From positions 169,446,001 through 169,510,000 of the forward strand of contig NC_042998.1 of the NCBI RefSeq assembly GCF_006345805.1: 64,000 nucleotides of DNA, in the 5' to 3' direction. Each line of letters begins with the position of its first letter. Within the stretch, counting starts at the first letter, position 1. A model generated the notes under the pieces. That model was not told where the DNA came from and searched no databases. It saw nothing but the letters and a program-made list of their open reading frames with translations. The DNA is from Octopus sinensis. Lineage: Eukaryota. Positions 47,334 through 62,724 of the stretch are shown here, one piece after another. Made by a program: the position numbers and the translations under genes.

Positions 47334-48563
47334 AGGTTGGGAAAAAAAGTCTTGTCACATTTGAAGTTTAGAAAGAAACAAATGCTTCCTTGGTCTTAAT
47401 TTATATATTTAATCAAGATATTTCCCCTCATTATTGATAACTTAATCCCATCTATTTGAAAAATTGTCGATCCCCTCAGGTGTAAAAGTTTTCAGGTTTT
47501 GAAGCTGAGCAACATTCAATATTTTAACCTCTTCACAATTAATAAACTGTTTTCCCTCAAAATAATGTTGCCATGATCTGAAAAGATGGTAGTCTGAAGG
47601 AGCAAGATTAAGAGAGTAAGGAGGATGAGGCAAAACTTCCATATTTAGTGCCATAATCTTTTCCTGCGTAACTTAGACAATATGTAGCCTTACATTATCA
47701 TGTAAAAGCAACACACTTTATGATTGACCAATGACAGGTGCTTTTTCTACAAATTTTCGTCCAATGCCTCCAGTTGATGACAATGCTTTTTTGCATTAAC
47801 TATTTAGTTTTTATTTAATACCATGACAACAACACCCTTCATATCCCACCAAACACAGAACATAACTTTTTTTATGTGTAGCCCTGGTTTGGGGGTGAAT
47901 TGTTCTTCTTCATTGGGTGCTAACCATTGTCATTTTCTTTGGCTATGGCTATAGAGAATCCACTTTTCATTACTTGTGATGATTGTACCTGGAAAGATTC
48001 GGTAGCAAGTCTACTCTTCAAGGACAAGTAGTAAGCGACTCTTCAATTAAGCTGAGAAGCACTCAGAGGATGAAGGAACATGCACCAACTTGTAACATAA
48101 GCACCAAATTTATGAAAGTGTTTTATTTTGGAAGTTTGTCTTGACCTGAACTGTTTTTGTAGTCCTAATGCATTTTACTAAGGATTTTCCTCATTTATGA
48201 TTCTCAGAAGCTCACGGCTGGCAGAACTTGGTTACCCAGATCAAGGGAATCTACAAAAACAAAAAAAAAAAATTCCTGAGCTAAACTAGCCAAACCATCT
48301 TTGGCATGTCCAGACAGAATAAATATTTCTTACCACTTTCCATTGCCAAAGAGTCTATTTTGAATCTATAAAGCATGCAGCGTCTGAGGGTAAAATCAAT
48401 ACAGATGTTACTATATTATAAAGTAATCTGCAAAGAAAGAAAATAAAAAACATCAGAATGTAAAAATCAATGTTTATTTCACTGTAAGTATTGAAAAATT
48501 CCCCTCTAAGTCATTGTTTCAAAAATGCAAAAATGTGACAGGACTTTCTTTCTAATCGTGTGT
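47333..48563 (-). mobile_element. Near full-length degenerate mariner element in (TA)/(CA) sites
   Basis: TIRs caaggttgggaaaaaagtcttgtcacattt / aaatgtgacaggactttctttctaatcgtg; transposase remnant LPHPPYSLNLAPSDYHLF. Confidence 0.85.
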
Positions 48564-48564
48564 G

Positions 48565-48603
<39 letters not shown>

Positions 48604-51380
48604 GCACACACACACATACATATATAATGCATAAACAGAGCCTGAAAGATAGCTATAAGATACATGGTGTATTTTATAAATATGCCTGTTCAAGTATCAT
48701 TAAAGCATGAAATTATTAGCTCTTTTGGTTGTGTATTTGTATTAAATTTGACACACACATAACTTAGTATAAGAGATTGTTTCCCAATTACACAACTGCT
48801 ACATGTAGCATTATTACAACATATCAAAATAGCTCCCTATAGCTCTGAATAATATTGGTACTTATTTTATTGCTGTTCAAATGATGAAATGCTATGCTAT
48901 TTCTGATAAGAAATAAAATTAAGCTGTAAAATTCAGTGTCACCACCACTCACTCATTGAGCTGCTTTTCTTTTCTATTAAAATAATTTTTTTTAAAAGTG
49001 CTTTTGCTTAAAACAGAGGTTTCCAACAGAGTTATCATGACACCTCAGGGTGTAACAGATAGCTCTATCTACTTCACTTTGAAATGTCATGAGCTTTTAA
49101 ATTTAAATAATAAAATTGAGAAAAAATGTCAGTCTATATTCCAAAACTGGAAGATAGTGAGAAAATAGCACTAAGGGCACAGCAGGTTTTCTTCTGGCCC
49201 TTATATTTTCTCTATTAGAATAAAACAAAGGTGTCACATACCTTAAGCATACAGAGATAGGGTGATGGGATGATAGAACTGTTGGAAACCACTTGTTTAA
49301 AACAGAAAAAAATATTATGTAATGTCAGAGATGCTGTATTTTATTTTAGAAAACTTTGCTTTGAAAACAAAATTTTGAAAAATTACTTTATTGGAATTCC
49401 ACCATCATAAACTTATTATTGTTGGATAATAATTTGATATATTTCTGAATAATAAATGATTTTTCTGGTTATTACTTTTTTTTTTTTTTTTTTTTTGCAA
49501 AGCTTTCTTACTGATCTCTTGACAATTAATATTCTAGAAGCATCACACCATCTATGAATGCCTCATGCTACTTTTTAATACTGTTTGCCGAACTTAAAAC
49601 TAGCATTATATCAAAATTGCTAGAACTGATACAGCATGTTTTCAATGCTAAAATCTAAAAATATAATCATAAAACATCATTTTTTAAACCATGCAAAAGT
49701 CAACAATCATTTTATTCTGTTCATAAACAACAGAAACAAACAGTTAACTTAAAGAGATAAAGTTTTCTTCAGTTTGGTACTGACAAATGAATTCCAGCTG
49801 AAAGATACATATACATTAATACATTGTTCTTTAAGTAACCAGGCTGCTTTTTATAGACCAACATAAAGCCAACAATTTTATAATATCTCATTACAAGGAA
49901 TTAATATTCCGTCAGTATGTCTAGATTAGTGGAAGGCTACAATTAAGGCTCAACGATTAAGGAGTAGTGTCCCATTGCTTCTTATCCAATCCATCCAATT
50001 AATTGGTAATACCAGTCTTCCAATCATTTGCAATCTTTCTTTTGCTATAATGGATGTTTGTGTAAAAGGTTTCAAATGTATTATTTTCCTGCCAACATGT
50101 AATGCACATAAAGGTTTTTTCAAACTATTTAACTATTTCCATCTTAGCATTTAGCAACACACAAGTTCAGACTCTGTCCATTGGTTTAGCTTTCCCAGAA
50201 GCTCCATTTCAATTCTCAAATTAAAATTTAGTGAGCTTTTCATTCTTAATAGATAGTTCTAGTATTATTTTTAACAAACCCCCTGGTACCATGTATCAAT
50301 GTTTTCTTCCATACATGTAAGACACATCATTTTAGTGTTATTTTATTGATGACTAGCCGATGTGCCTTACTGCTAATTTTTCTGTGTAACAAAAATTCTC
50401 ATTACATATTTCTTTCTTTCTGTTGGCTTCTGTATCACATTTATTCAGGATATGGATGATCTATTCTACCTATTTGTTACACTTTTGATACAAGATATTG
50501 CTTATCTTTTTCCTCAAATTGTCATTTAAACACTTTTAAATACTTTCCATAAATTCAAATAATCATTATTTTATCATTCAGAATGAGCTTCTATGTAGTT
50601 ATTTAACATACCAATAGGGTAATGACAACTTCTTGAACAATCTCATCATCTTGAGAGAGAAAAAAGTGAGACAAAAATAATCTTACAATGAAAATATTCA
50701 TATGGGTTGAGAATGAATAGCCCAAACTCTCACTTTTTCATCTGTCGATTCCCTTTTTTGAGATTAACGTACATTATTTTATTCTTTTTTTTTTCTAAAG
50801 TGTCCCTATTTGTGACAGTCATGTAATTTATTTTAAAATGATTTGTAATTATTTTGATTATGTATTGCATTTTTTGGTTGAGGTAAGAGGAGAAAATATC
50901 TTTGAAATATACATTCATTAGTGCTGCTTTTTAATTTTATTCATATTCATTTTTCACACAAAAAAATCATGACAGAATTTTGATTATTAAATCTTTAACA
51001 TAGAACATTTTTCATTTATTTTTATTATTTATAAAGCATAAAAATCTTTAGTAAGTAACTACAAAAGTTGCTAAAATATTCATGTTAGAACTTTATATTG
51101 CTTCACAATGTTTGGTTAATCTCTAAAGTTTTTTTGGGTTTTTTTTCACTTCACTTTAGAAAAGAAAACTAGTTTGAAAATATGCTTATCTTGAAATTTT
51201 CAAATATTTATATAAAAAAAAAATGTCTGCCAATGACATTTATGTAAAACATATATGAAAAATAGACATTAAAATAGTAATGATAATGATGTGTCATTAG
51301 AGGAAAAGGAATACAAAATAGAAACAAATATTATTCAAAATATTTCACTTTATTTTCAATATTCCTTGTATGTGTATGTA

Positions 51381-51398
51381 TGTATATATATGTATATA

Positions 51399-51445
<47 letters not shown>
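51381..51445. repeat. Long (TA)n microsatellite, one of many (also ~163-214, 31619-31650, 57996-58042, 63150-63190)
   Basis: Directly visible. Confidence 0.95.
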
Positions 51446-51448
<3 letters not shown>

Positions 51449-52224
51449 TGAATGAATGAGATAGATTTGCTCAGCTATATTTATTGTAGCCTGTCTGGTT
51501 TCAAATATACAGCCACAGTAAACATTTAAAGCAAATGTTTGCAGTTTTTTGTCCTACTTAATGGCAATCTTTCTACTAAAGAGTAAAATATTTACATATA
51601 TGCTGGTTCATGTGCCCAAGTTTTTGTTCTTTTAATCTTTATATAACAATTATACATTGCTTGATATGCCTCATTAAGTTTACTTTAGCCTCTGTATGTA
51701 TAATGTAATTATATATTCACTCAGTATCATCGTTATCATTTTTCTTAAACATGTTTTTTCTTTCTATGTTGACATGGTTTGGAGGTGCTATTATATGGTA
51801 TATTGCCACTTATGATCAACTTGTCTGTGAAACCCATCATTGTCAAATCAGCTCGTGCCATTTGTTTCCATATCTTTTGCCACCAATTCATTTTCTATTA
51901 TTAACACAACCCTTTTTTTCACCCAACACTCACTGTTCATCATGTATCCATAACCAATACAGCCACCTCTCCTGCATACATTGGCTGATGCTTTTTATGC
52001 CCAGCCACTCGCTTAGCTCAGTTGTACTCTAACTTCCATGCAAGTTAACATTAGACATCTAACAAATCATACCAGATTCAGCCTCTATAAATCTTACACA
52101 TTTAATACCCATATCTCATACCATTTAAACAATACTTTCAATATGACCTAAAAAAAGAAACTGCATTTAAATATTGACAAAAGTTGCAATTTACTCTTAC
52201 TGAAGTTATTTATATTTAGTAATA

Positions 52225-53361
52225 TACTGAGTTGGTCAAAAAAATGTTTCACTTTTTTAAAGGAAAATAAGACAAGTTTTAAACATCAAGCAATTAATTC
52301 AATAAAAGATGTAATTGCCATTTTGTTTCAGTACCTTTTGCAGTCTTGTGGGTAGATCCATTATTCCTTGATCAAAGAATTTCCTGTCTTTACTGGTGAA
52401 AAACTTTTCCAAATTAATTTTTATATTCTCTTCAGTTGAAGGTCTGTCCATTCAATGAATTTTGAAGAGACTGAAACAGGTGAAAATCTGAAGGTACTTG
52501 GTCAGGTGAATATGGAAGGTAGACAAAACTTTCCATCCAAGCCCCAGTAACTTTTGCTGTGACTGCAAAGAAGTGTCGATTGCTGCATTTAATTTGTCCA
52601 GCTGGTCACAGTACACATCCAAACTGATAATCCTGTTCATGGGAAGAAGCTCATAAAAGATGGTACATTTCCAATCCCATCAAATTGAAAGCATAACCTT
52701 CTTCGGAGGAAGTCTTGCTTTGTAGGCTGTTTTTGGTAGTTTGCCATGCTTCCCCCATGATTGTTTGTGCTTTACATTGTTATAGACAATCCATTTTTTT
52801 GTTTTCTGTTACCATTCTCTTTAAAAAAAGGATTGTTTCCTTCATGCATTTGCAATGTATCACAGATTGACATTTGTTGGGCCATGTTCTCCTCACTCAA
52901 TTGATGTGGGACCCAAACATTGAGCCATGCTGATGTAACCAAGTTGATGCAGATGGTTTTCAACACTCAGTTTGGATATTTGGAGAATGTCTGTGATCAT
53001 CCTGATCATATAATGGGGTTAGTTTTAACTAACTCCTTCACTTTGTTGCTGTTAATTTCAGTTGGCTGGCCAGAGCAAGGTACATCTTGAACAAAAAAAT
53101 TTCCTGATCAAAATCTTAAAAACCACTTCTGACACACATTCCATAACAGCATCCTCTCTGTACACAGCAGGTTTCCAAAATAAAAAAAAGCCTGTGTTGA
53201 TAAAGTTCGTTTTGGTCCCCCATTTTCAGGGTGATCTTAAGCACACAGTGTACAACCTGTCTTGTCACAAATTCATATCAAGCTACGTTTGTGTGTCAGG
53301 TACCTAATGAGTACACATGCATCAAGGAAAAAAGCAAACAAACTTTTTAGCCAAGCCAATG
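52225..53361 (-). mobile_element. Degenerate mariner element; ends approximate
   Basis: WVPHQLSE motif (52772-52966), YCDQLDKL..LGWKVL remnants; TIR-like ends gttggtcaaaaa / tttttagccaagcc. Confidence 0.75.
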
Positions 53362-53479
53362 CTTGGAATTATCATCAATTTATGTTTGCTATTTCATGCA
53401 TACATTGGTTGGACAAATCTTCTCTAACACAGGATCTTATAATTTATTGTGATTCTTTGTCATCCTTTTTATTGGATTA

Positions 53480-54100
53480 ACTTTCATCACTCTTTCTGCG
53501 TTCCTCAGTTTTTTTGATTTTTTTTTTCTTCTTCATATTGTGGATTGCTGATCACCACTTTATCCCTCATGCACATCACCTCTGTACTAGTGTAGTCATC
53601 TTTCTTGCATGCTGTCATCAGGGTTCCTCTCATAACCATTTTTTTTCCACAGTTCATTTGTGCTGTCATTCATGTGCACTAACATTATAGATCTGGTGAA
53701 ACATGCTCTATTTTTTTTTTCCACTATTAGCATATCCTCCACATTTAGGGCCTCTGTTTTGCTACCATACACCATTGCCCTTTGTATATAAGCATCAAAC
53801 TCGCTAAATTACTGATTGTTAATTCTAATCTTGTTAACAGTAATGACTCTCACAAGCAATTCATTTATAGCTGTTTTTCTTTGCAATCACTACAAAACCT
53901 CTTTGTCAGCTGAGGTAATTGCTTCCTGAATTTTTTCCACTTCATTTTTATTCTGGCTGTCATGCATGTCACCTATGTAACAGAAGTTATCAGTTATCTC
54001 TATGAAGCTTCATGAATTTTTCAAAGAATTTTATTTCTAGTTATTCTTACTGCTAACTACTCTTGTGCATCTGTAACATTCCAAGTAATTTCCCTTCTGT
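53480..54100 (-). mobile_element. Highly degenerate RTE-type LINE fragment
   Basis: Minus-strand AMVYGSKT..ALNVEDM remnant. Confidence 0.45.
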
Positions 54101-54369
54101 CAATTTTTCCTTTGATCAAACTACATCTTGAGTGCATCTACAGTTCACATTTGCTACACAGCACAAAGTTCATATCTACTGGGTTTTTTGCATGGCTATC
54201 CTGCTGAGGGAAGTAGAGTCCTAGCTTCTTTCTTTGAACAAAGACTTTTGTTTTTGATAGGTTTTCTTTGGAACCTCATAATCCTAAGGTTGGCCTGGAT
54301 AACTATGATAAATAGAAGGGTGTTGAAAATTAAATGCTGTGGATACCTACTTGCATAATAAATACAAGC

Positions 54370-55145
54370 AGGTGAGGAGGGGTGTTTCTATTGCATGAAA
54401 TATCTCTCTGTCTCTAATTCAAAGTGATGGACACAATACTCATCCTGGGTAAGGAAACATTTAAGGAAACCAGTTGGGTTTACTTCAAACAATGTCAAAT
54501 TTTCCCTTGATGTGATTAGCTCAGTGTGCTTTTGATCACATGTCAGAAGATATGGTACCCACTGAGCAGAAACTTTCATCATGCCAAGTTTACTATGCAG
54601 AATATTCTCAACTTTCTCATGGGGTATGCTAACTTTTCATCTAAAAAGACTCAGATCAATCCCAGCACAACAGGGCACCTCATCTTGTTCAGGTGGTTCT
54701 CCTTGGCCTTGGCTGTCAGAATTTGTCCCTTGTGCCTCTAGTATGAGTGGCAGCAAGGCCGTCATTCAGAGCCAGCTTCCTTTGCTCAGATCTTCCATTA
54801 CCTTTCATGCAGTCGGATAAATTCTGGCATATGGACACAGAATGTCTACTGTGTCCTTTTCTGTTGGCCATGGCTTTTTCGTCTTCACTGAAGCTGTGCA
54901 TGTCATGTCTTACAGCCTTTACAGTGTTCACAGAACATTGAGCAACCGTTATGATGTCAGCATTTTGATACCCAGTATGAATCATCTTGATACAAGTAAC
55001 TCTTTTCCAATATTCAGATGGCTTCCAGTCCTCCATGTCAGCTAACTTTTTCTCAACTACAACTTAAATCTTTGTTCTTCAATGCCATTGTTCACCAATA
55101 CATCAAGCTGTTCCTGAAAAATGGAGACATCATCAGATTTAGCCC
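54370..55145 (-). mobile_element. Adjacent mariner (KVSAQWVPYLLT..FLTQDE) and Tc1-like 5' fragments
   Basis: ORFs 54388-54582 and 54716-55036 (helix-turn-helix-like DIITVAQCSVNTV); TIR-like end near 55145. Confidence 0.65.
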
Positions 55146-58000
55146 AAACACTTTGTATGTATGTGTGTATAGTTGATGATATAAGAATTTATAAACTTTC
55201 GAGAGAACGTTCAATAATTCTTTTTGGAACAGTGGTTCTAAAGCACATACAGCTATAGATAACACCATGTAAATATTGGGTTGAACAACTCTTTTGGAGA
55301 GAAAAAGTTGAAAGCAGCTTTGACTTTTTTATCCAAAAGGTTTTTCAACACCTTATTTATAGCTTTCTGTGCTTCAAGATTCACTGTTCCAAGCAAGAAT
55401 GTTTATGTGTGATTGTATATAGAATCATATATTTTTTTATGATAATCATTACATTATTAATTATAGTAAACTAGTAATTAATAATCAAACTTTTAACTTC
55501 TTATATGCTATTGTTTATGCATATTCTTTTCATGATGTGCGTTGTTTCATGGTATTGGAATTTGAAAGAAAGAACATATGAAAAACTACCTGACCTCTAC
55601 TGATTTGTCAGCAAAGATGGGAATTTAAGACACTTGACCAAAATGTTTTACCAGTCATAATATTGACTTAAATGTGTAAAAAGAAATGCAATGCAGAAAA
55701 TGAATTTTAAAATTCCAGTCAGTTAACTTTCTTAATAATCCTTCATGTCAGAAATATGAAATATAAATGATTACTATGGTTTTGAATCTTAACCTGGGAC
55801 TTCGTCTCTCATTCAAACATATCATCTAACAGCCAGTATATTAGTAACTTCATTGTATTTGTGGATTTATATAGTTAAAAATCAAGTTTAAATGTAAATT
55901 TCCTTTTTGGTCAATAAATGTTTACTAATAGGCATATAATGAGAAGGTCAAATTTAAAACAAACCTGAACTTAGAAGATAAATCTAAAATAGTGTAATAT
56001 ATTTAGCTTTGCCCTGTACACTCTTTACTAGTCCTTTTGTATACAGGTACAACACTGACTTTCTGGACACTAATGGTCCAGAACTGCAACCACTAACTAT
56101 TTCATTGGTACCTTTCACTGACTTTTTCTCCACTACAACTTTAATCTTGCACAAAACAATACTAATAAATTTGTATCATTTATACCAAAGTATAGATATC
56201 TGTATTTCATTTAATTATTTAAGCAAATTTGATATATGTTTAATTTAGAGTGTGTTGACCAAGGTGACCATCCTGGGTTCAGAAATTCAGAAAAGTTTTG
56301 GAACCAAAGATTCTGATGTACTTATATTAAAAAATAGACTTTGAGATAATATTATTCTTGCTATCATCAAAGCAAGTAAGAATTTTGTAGTGTTACTTGA
56401 GAACATAATAGTTTAATATAAGGCATTGCATTTATTATATACCTGTTCCAAAATTTTCTTAGTCTTTTTGAATTTTGTTAAATGTGTTCTAGTTATTGAG
56501 TGATATTTTGTAGAATTTGTTATTTTTTCATTATAGATTCAGATTAGGGGACAGGGGCAGATTAGTGATGATACTGAGATGACTATGACCAGAAATCAAA
56601 ACCAGAATACAAAGAGTTCGTTTGACACTTCAAATACACCATTCAAAAAGGCAGCAAGATGACAGAATCATTACTGGGCCAGGACAAAATACTTAGTAGC
56701 ATTTTGACCATCCTTGCATTCTGAGGACAACATTACCTTTCATCCTTTCAGAGTTGATGAAATAAGTACTAGTTGAACACTGGCGTTAATGTAATCAACT
56801 TATCGCCTTACCCGAAATTGCTGGCCGTGTGTCAAAATTTGAAATCAGAATTACACCATTAAATACAATAGATATTAACCATTAATAGTAAAAAAAAATT
56901 ATCAATACTTTAAAATAATAATAAAGTCGAAGAGAGACTAAATTTAAATTTTGTTGTTTTTTTTAAGATCCTTAATAAAGTCTTTTCTTTAAGGTCTATT
57001 GAAATATTTGGATAATTTGTATGAAGTTCAAATCAGCAACAGATATGCTATTGAATAACTATTGTACATCAGCTTATTCATTTTTTTTTGTTTTTTTCTG
57101 ACATTTTTTTTTTTGTGTAAGCATAGTCAGAACTAATTAGATATTGTCTCTATTTTAATTATATTGTGATTATCAATTTACATTGTGTGCAACATCTAAT
57201 TAGTTAAGTGCTGTCCAATTAGCTAGGATTAATACTTTAACTGTATTCATCATTGTAATTGTTATAGCTATTTTTCTGTGCTGCTAATGTTTGGGTGGGT
57301 CTCACGGTACCTCACTCCCCATCACACTTCTTTGTTACTTGGCACACACAACAGCAGAGAAAAATTAGCCAACTCTGTTGTTATTTGTGTCCAATATATT
57401 TTTGGCATGGTTGTGATTTCTGAATGTTATTTCTATTACCTGTCACCACAAAGGTTGGACTAAGTTATCAAACTAAAGTCATGTGCAGGCTTGACTGACT
57501 CAAGTAGTTTGCTTCACAACTACTTGGTTCCAAGTTCCATCCCACTGTGTTGCACCTTGGACAAGTGTTTTCTACTATATCCTCAGCCAACCAAAGCTTT
57601 GTGAATGGATTTGGTGGATGAAAACTGAAAGAAGCCCATTAAATATATATTTATATATATATGAAATCAAATCAAATAGTGATATTTTGAAATCATTTAA
57701 TAGGTATGTTTCTGGTTTGTATAATATTTGGGAAATGCACCCATTATGTAAGACTTTTCTCAGTTAAAACATTTCAAAATATGAAGCAGTTTATGAAAGG
57801 TCTTACATAAAGGATGCACTTCCTATTATGTATTACTCAGATCTGAAACATCATTTTTGCAACTTATATAACTTGATGCCAATCTAAACTACCTGGTCCA
57901 GACTCCACTTATGTGCATACTCTAACAACAATTTTGAGTAGTTTGTTATATTTGATTCAAGTCAAAAATTTTGGTCCCATGCACCACTTCTTAACATAAC

Positions 58001-58046
<46 letters not shown>

Positions 58047-61000
58047 GCCCTTGATGCTAAAGAACATCACAAACTTATCCAAAGTTTCAGTTAACTGAAC
58101 TCTGACAGTTTGTGAAAACTTCTCAGTTTTAATAAAATATTATTTTATTCTACATTTGGTATTTGAGTACAATTTTTTCACCTTGTTTTGCACCTATGTG
58201 CTCATGTGGGTGGGTGTCTGTATGTATGTATTATATCAAGCCCAAGTGGTTCTATTTGTTTGTTCACATAATTGTTACCATATCTGTTCACCTGGCTTCC
58301 TCTTATAGCCACTCTTTTCCCTGTGGACTTGGTCCCTTATAAAGATGTTGGAGTGTAAATTCAAATTATTTGAGCACTACTGTTTTCTATATTGAGAGAA
58401 TCTCTCAATCTCATCTGTTGACTATATATAAATATATATACATATACATGTAATGAGTGTGTGTACCTGAATGCATGTGTTTGTCTTTTTATCCTGACAT
58501 CATACAAGTAGTATCATTCATTTCCAGTCTCCTATGAAGATGTGTCCAGCTACATATATAATTGTGTAGGGTAGATCAAAAATACAAGAGAAATATTGTT
58601 GCAGAATTAAAACTGAATAATACACTGAAGTTTGATACTGCCACACTAATATTGTAAATCTTTGTATTTTTTTTCTATCATCATTTAAAAAAAAATATCT
58701 ATATAAATTTTTTCACTCATATTGTGATATATTTATTCAGAACCAATAAAGTTTAAATCAGTTAATCACTTGAGAAAACAAAACAGTAACATTGTCATTA
58801 ATAAACTCATGTTTTATTGATAATTTTTCAAAATATTTAGATAATCTGAATTGCTTTTTTCCATATCCTTATATTGTTGTGCATGGAAATAATTTGTTTG
58901 GTTGTTTGACAGCAATTTTTTCATAGTAGTGTGCATTAGATGAGGTGTTATTTGAAGCAGGATTTTATAGTCAGATATGTCTTCCTGTCACCAACTCTTA
59001 CCTGATTTTCAAAGTAAGGGGTTTTTTTCTTCCAGAAGTTTTCAAAAACTCAGAACAATTGGTCATATTGTCGACAAGGAATGGCAACATCATCATTGGC
59101 TTGCTCCATTGGTGATAGGTGTGGAATATCAACATATGTGCATGTTTATGCTCTCTCTCGCACATACATGTATGTAGGCATTATACTCACAAGCAGGCTT
59201 CCTACACTGTTGGGCAGCCTGAGGGTAAAATAGAAGGCTCTTACCTAAAGTGTTGTGCAATCAAACTGAACTTGAGGCTGTGTGTTTGCAAAGCAAATTT
59301 CTTAACTGCACAGCCATTGAATTTTTAGTAAAGACGATTTCTTTTTTTTCTAGAAATTTGAGATCTTCTAGAGATGTTCTTCCAGCACTGATAGCTACGA
59401 AAATATAAGTCTCTTTTAAAGTCTACAAATTAAATTCAGTTCACAAATACCTGGAAGTTACACCAGCATCTACTTCATGTTTCAGTATATCTGGTTAATA
59501 TAAACATGAATTTCAAGCATATTACACTTGATGACATCTGAAGCTGAATTAAAAGATATTGTTAAGTACATTATGTTACTGAATAATGAATTGATAATGA
59601 TCCACAGGTGTGGCTCAATAGATGCTTACTAGCACTCTTGAGCATATGCATGTTGCTTATTAGTGTGAGTGGGTGTGTGATTAGGTTCCAGTTTTTTGTT
59701 ATGCATGTTTGGTCAAGCAAGTTGTTGAAAAGTTTATTAACCGGTATAATGTTGAACTATTCTGGTTAATATAAACTTTGTTAAGCATAATTTTAATCAA
59801 TTGGTGCAGGTATTTTGTGTCTATCTTATTCATTTCATTATAGAAATGATTAATATGTATTACTAATGTTCGTATATGTCCTATGTTTGTTCATTAATAA
59901 TAAATATATATATGGATTATTCAGGTATTAAACCAGATAGAGAGTACTTAATAGCTGTGACTAACTATATGTATTTATTAATGTGTTATGATTTAAAATG
60001 ACATATCTTCATTACTTATTTCTTACCATTTTGTCCAATGCAATCATTGGATAAGCTGTTTCAGAGGATCTTGTATGAGTTTTTATGATGAGTATTTCTG
60101 CTGTTTGATCAATGCAGCTATCTTCTCATTGAACTATAATGCTGGGCATTCCGCAGACACTTATATAATGTACAATGCAGATGGATTGTACTCAGGAACG
60201 CATGATTATAAAGCAAACATCTTAATCATTTGTCCATGACTGTGCATGGAGAAGACACACACACACACGTATATATACATATACACATATCAACCCAAGC
60301 TATAATGATGGATTTATATAGTGTAATCACCATCTGTAAAGTAAACTCTCATCAAACTAAGTCTGTGACCCAACTTCCATTCAATCACATTATCTTGAAT
60401 GCAACATGAATATCATAATTCATTACAAATTTAATTTCATAGCCAAACACATTCCATAATCACATATACAATGCCAAGTAGTTAATTCCTTTTCATCGTT
60501 TATCAAAAGATAAATTTTCGTGTGTGAGCACCTGTATCACACACACACACACCAGTTTTTTTATGCTTTTTTTAAAAGATTTATTCACTTTCTGTGCATA
60601 TTCTATGTACTGTTCATGCAGTTTTGGTTACTTTTTCTGATGAGTTGTAGTGCACCTGAGCACTGTACAAAACGTTCATTGTTATTATTATTATATATAT
60701 ATAAGCTTTTATTCAACGTAAAGTATGATGTCAACCATCTTGCAGAAAGCCCTCAATTATTCTTGGAGGTTATTGCATTTGTTTTGTCTTTCAATTTTAA
60801 TGACACTTTATATAAGTGTATAAAATTCACTGATATATTCCCAACTAGTGTTCTATGTTGGTTGTTAGTCTCAATAGTTCAACCATTGTACCTTCCAGCC
60901 TTATTCAGATGTCTGTAATTTTTGGTAATGTTCTCAAGATTGCAAATCAAATCTTTTATTAAATGTATGGGGTATTTGATCTCATTCTGTCAGTCATGCC

Positions 61001-61299
61001 ACTTAGTTATTCTCTTACTTGTGCTGGCTCATTTCACTTGAACCAAAGTATTTTTGTTGCTTGACTATCAAGGAACAGAACCCACATCTACTTGGTAAAG
61101 TACTTCAATTAACCCTTAACCAATGCTCATATTCAGTATCCTTTTGTCCTGAAGGACAATTAGTTAATGGAAATCAGAGGCGTCAACTTTTTTTTATAGT
61201 CATAGGTTTTGTGTTCTTTTTTAATTAAAGGCCCCCATATGATAGCATTGAATTAAGGTAAACACCCACTAAAGGCAAGGCTCAAGGCACATCACAATG

Positions 61300-62000
61300 C
61301 CATCATCTGCAGAAAGATAGAAAATTTGATATTGCTGATCATTTGTGGACAGAAAGAAGTCACTAATCCTTGTGGAACAAAGTCAAGGCAATAGATAAGA
61401 AACAACACATTCTTTGTCAAAATATGATAGCTTTGTGGACTTGATTCTTGACATTATATCTGTTTGAACTTTCAGCTTTTCTAGTACTACAACATTTGTC
61501 CTGTTTTTCCAGCTTATCCTGCCCAATCTGCAAGATTCACATCTCAAAGGCTTCTATTTTTTTTCTCCATAGCTGTGTACATTCTCCAGTTTCTCCTTGT
61601 AAATGACAAAGTTTATAAGTATCAATTTTAGATGCAGTGTTGCATCTTTGGGGGTGAGGATCTTTTCCATTCTTATAAATGTTGTTTTAACCTTATTTAT
61701 TTTATTTAAACATAGAAATAAAAAAGTTAGGTGTAATGCTTCTAATTTTCATTATTTAATTATCCTGCAGTATTATGGAACTGTGAATATAGGTGTTGGT
61801 TAAAGGTTATGTGCAATACTTTATTTAGTAGGAGAGGTGAGTTCAATTCTAAGAATAATCTGACACATACTCTGTTCTGAGTGGAATGGGCTTGTGACAT
61901 CACATGTAAGGATATAGCTAATAAGGGACAATCTCTGGAATGAGCAATATGAGAATAATCTACCTTCATAGATCTTAAAAAAAAAATGCTGGTTAGAAAT
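61300..62000 (-). mobile_element. Degenerate RTE-type LINE ORF2 fragment; ends approximate
   Basis: Minus-strand remnant EKKIEAFEM.. followed by frameshifted ..RIKSTKLSYF. Confidence 0.55.
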
Positions 62001-62553
62001 TCTGAGAATGTTACCAAATACAACAGGCACCTGAAGAAGGCCAAAGAGTACAACAACCAAGCTGTTGACTATAACCACCAAAATAAGGACTCTAGTTTGA
62101 ATATATTTGCATATAATAATGATAATTCTTCATCTCAGAAAATCAAATATACATATATCATCATCATCATTTTGTGCCCACTTTTCATGTTGATACATTT
62201 ATGTACATATTTTTATATGTATACATACAAATACATATTTCATTCCATAACTTCCATCTCTGAAGAGCACAGGGTTACATGGGCTGTTGTCTAACACTGT
62301 TGAACCCCTAACCTAAAACTAATTGCTAAGATCAGCCATAATGGATATATATAATACTGTGCACTTTGATTAATATACCCACTCTGTTGACAAAAGTACA
62401 TGTGCATAATTTTTCTTACATATGGATTTTTAGACAGCTATATATATATTGATAAAAATAGTAAGACAACAAAAGAATGAAAGAGACCTCGATATTATGT
62501 AAATAGAGGAATTTATCTGTAAATATAATATGTGACAATTATTCGGTGGACAT

Positions 62554-62614
62554 GATAAAACTCCGAGTTTCAGATGCCAAGGTGGAAATCCACACTGCCA
62601 TCTCTTCAGTTATC
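62554..62614 (-). ncRNA. Type-I hammerhead ribozyme motif (left arm of fold-back)
   Basis: Minus strand GAUAA-CUGAAGA-helix II-U-GAAA-CUC(G)GAG-U-U-UUAUC. Confidence 0.7.
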
Positions 62615-62663
62615 CGGCCATTGGAAAAATGCTATATCATTTATAGCATTTTTCCAATGGCCG

Positions 62664-62724
62664 GATAACTGAAGAGATGACAGCGTGGATTTCCACATTG
62701 GCATCCGAAACTCAGAGTTTTATC
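62664..62724 (+). ncRNA. Type-I hammerhead ribozyme motif (right arm of fold-back)
   Basis: GAUAA-CUGAAGA-[GAUG..GUGG(AUUU)CCAC..CAUC]-C-GAAA-CUC(A)GAG-U-U-UUAUC; helix I GAUAA/UUAUC, palindromic helix III; one extra nt before GAAA. Confidence 0.72.

Noticed and set aside
56537-56661. Exon-like open stretch after an ttatag acceptor; another frame reads LGDRG
   Set aside because: No recognisable homology or partner exons; LGDRG is not the ATM/PIKK LGDRH motif in context
59451-59490. Possible 40-nt minus-strand micro-exon (AG...GT flanked)
   Set aside because: No neighbouring exons or recognisable protein to support it
60636-60680. CTGATGA followed by a hairpin, as a hammerhead candidate
   Set aside because: No GAAA or helix I/III pairing; the homologous LINE tail at ~19230 lacks the core
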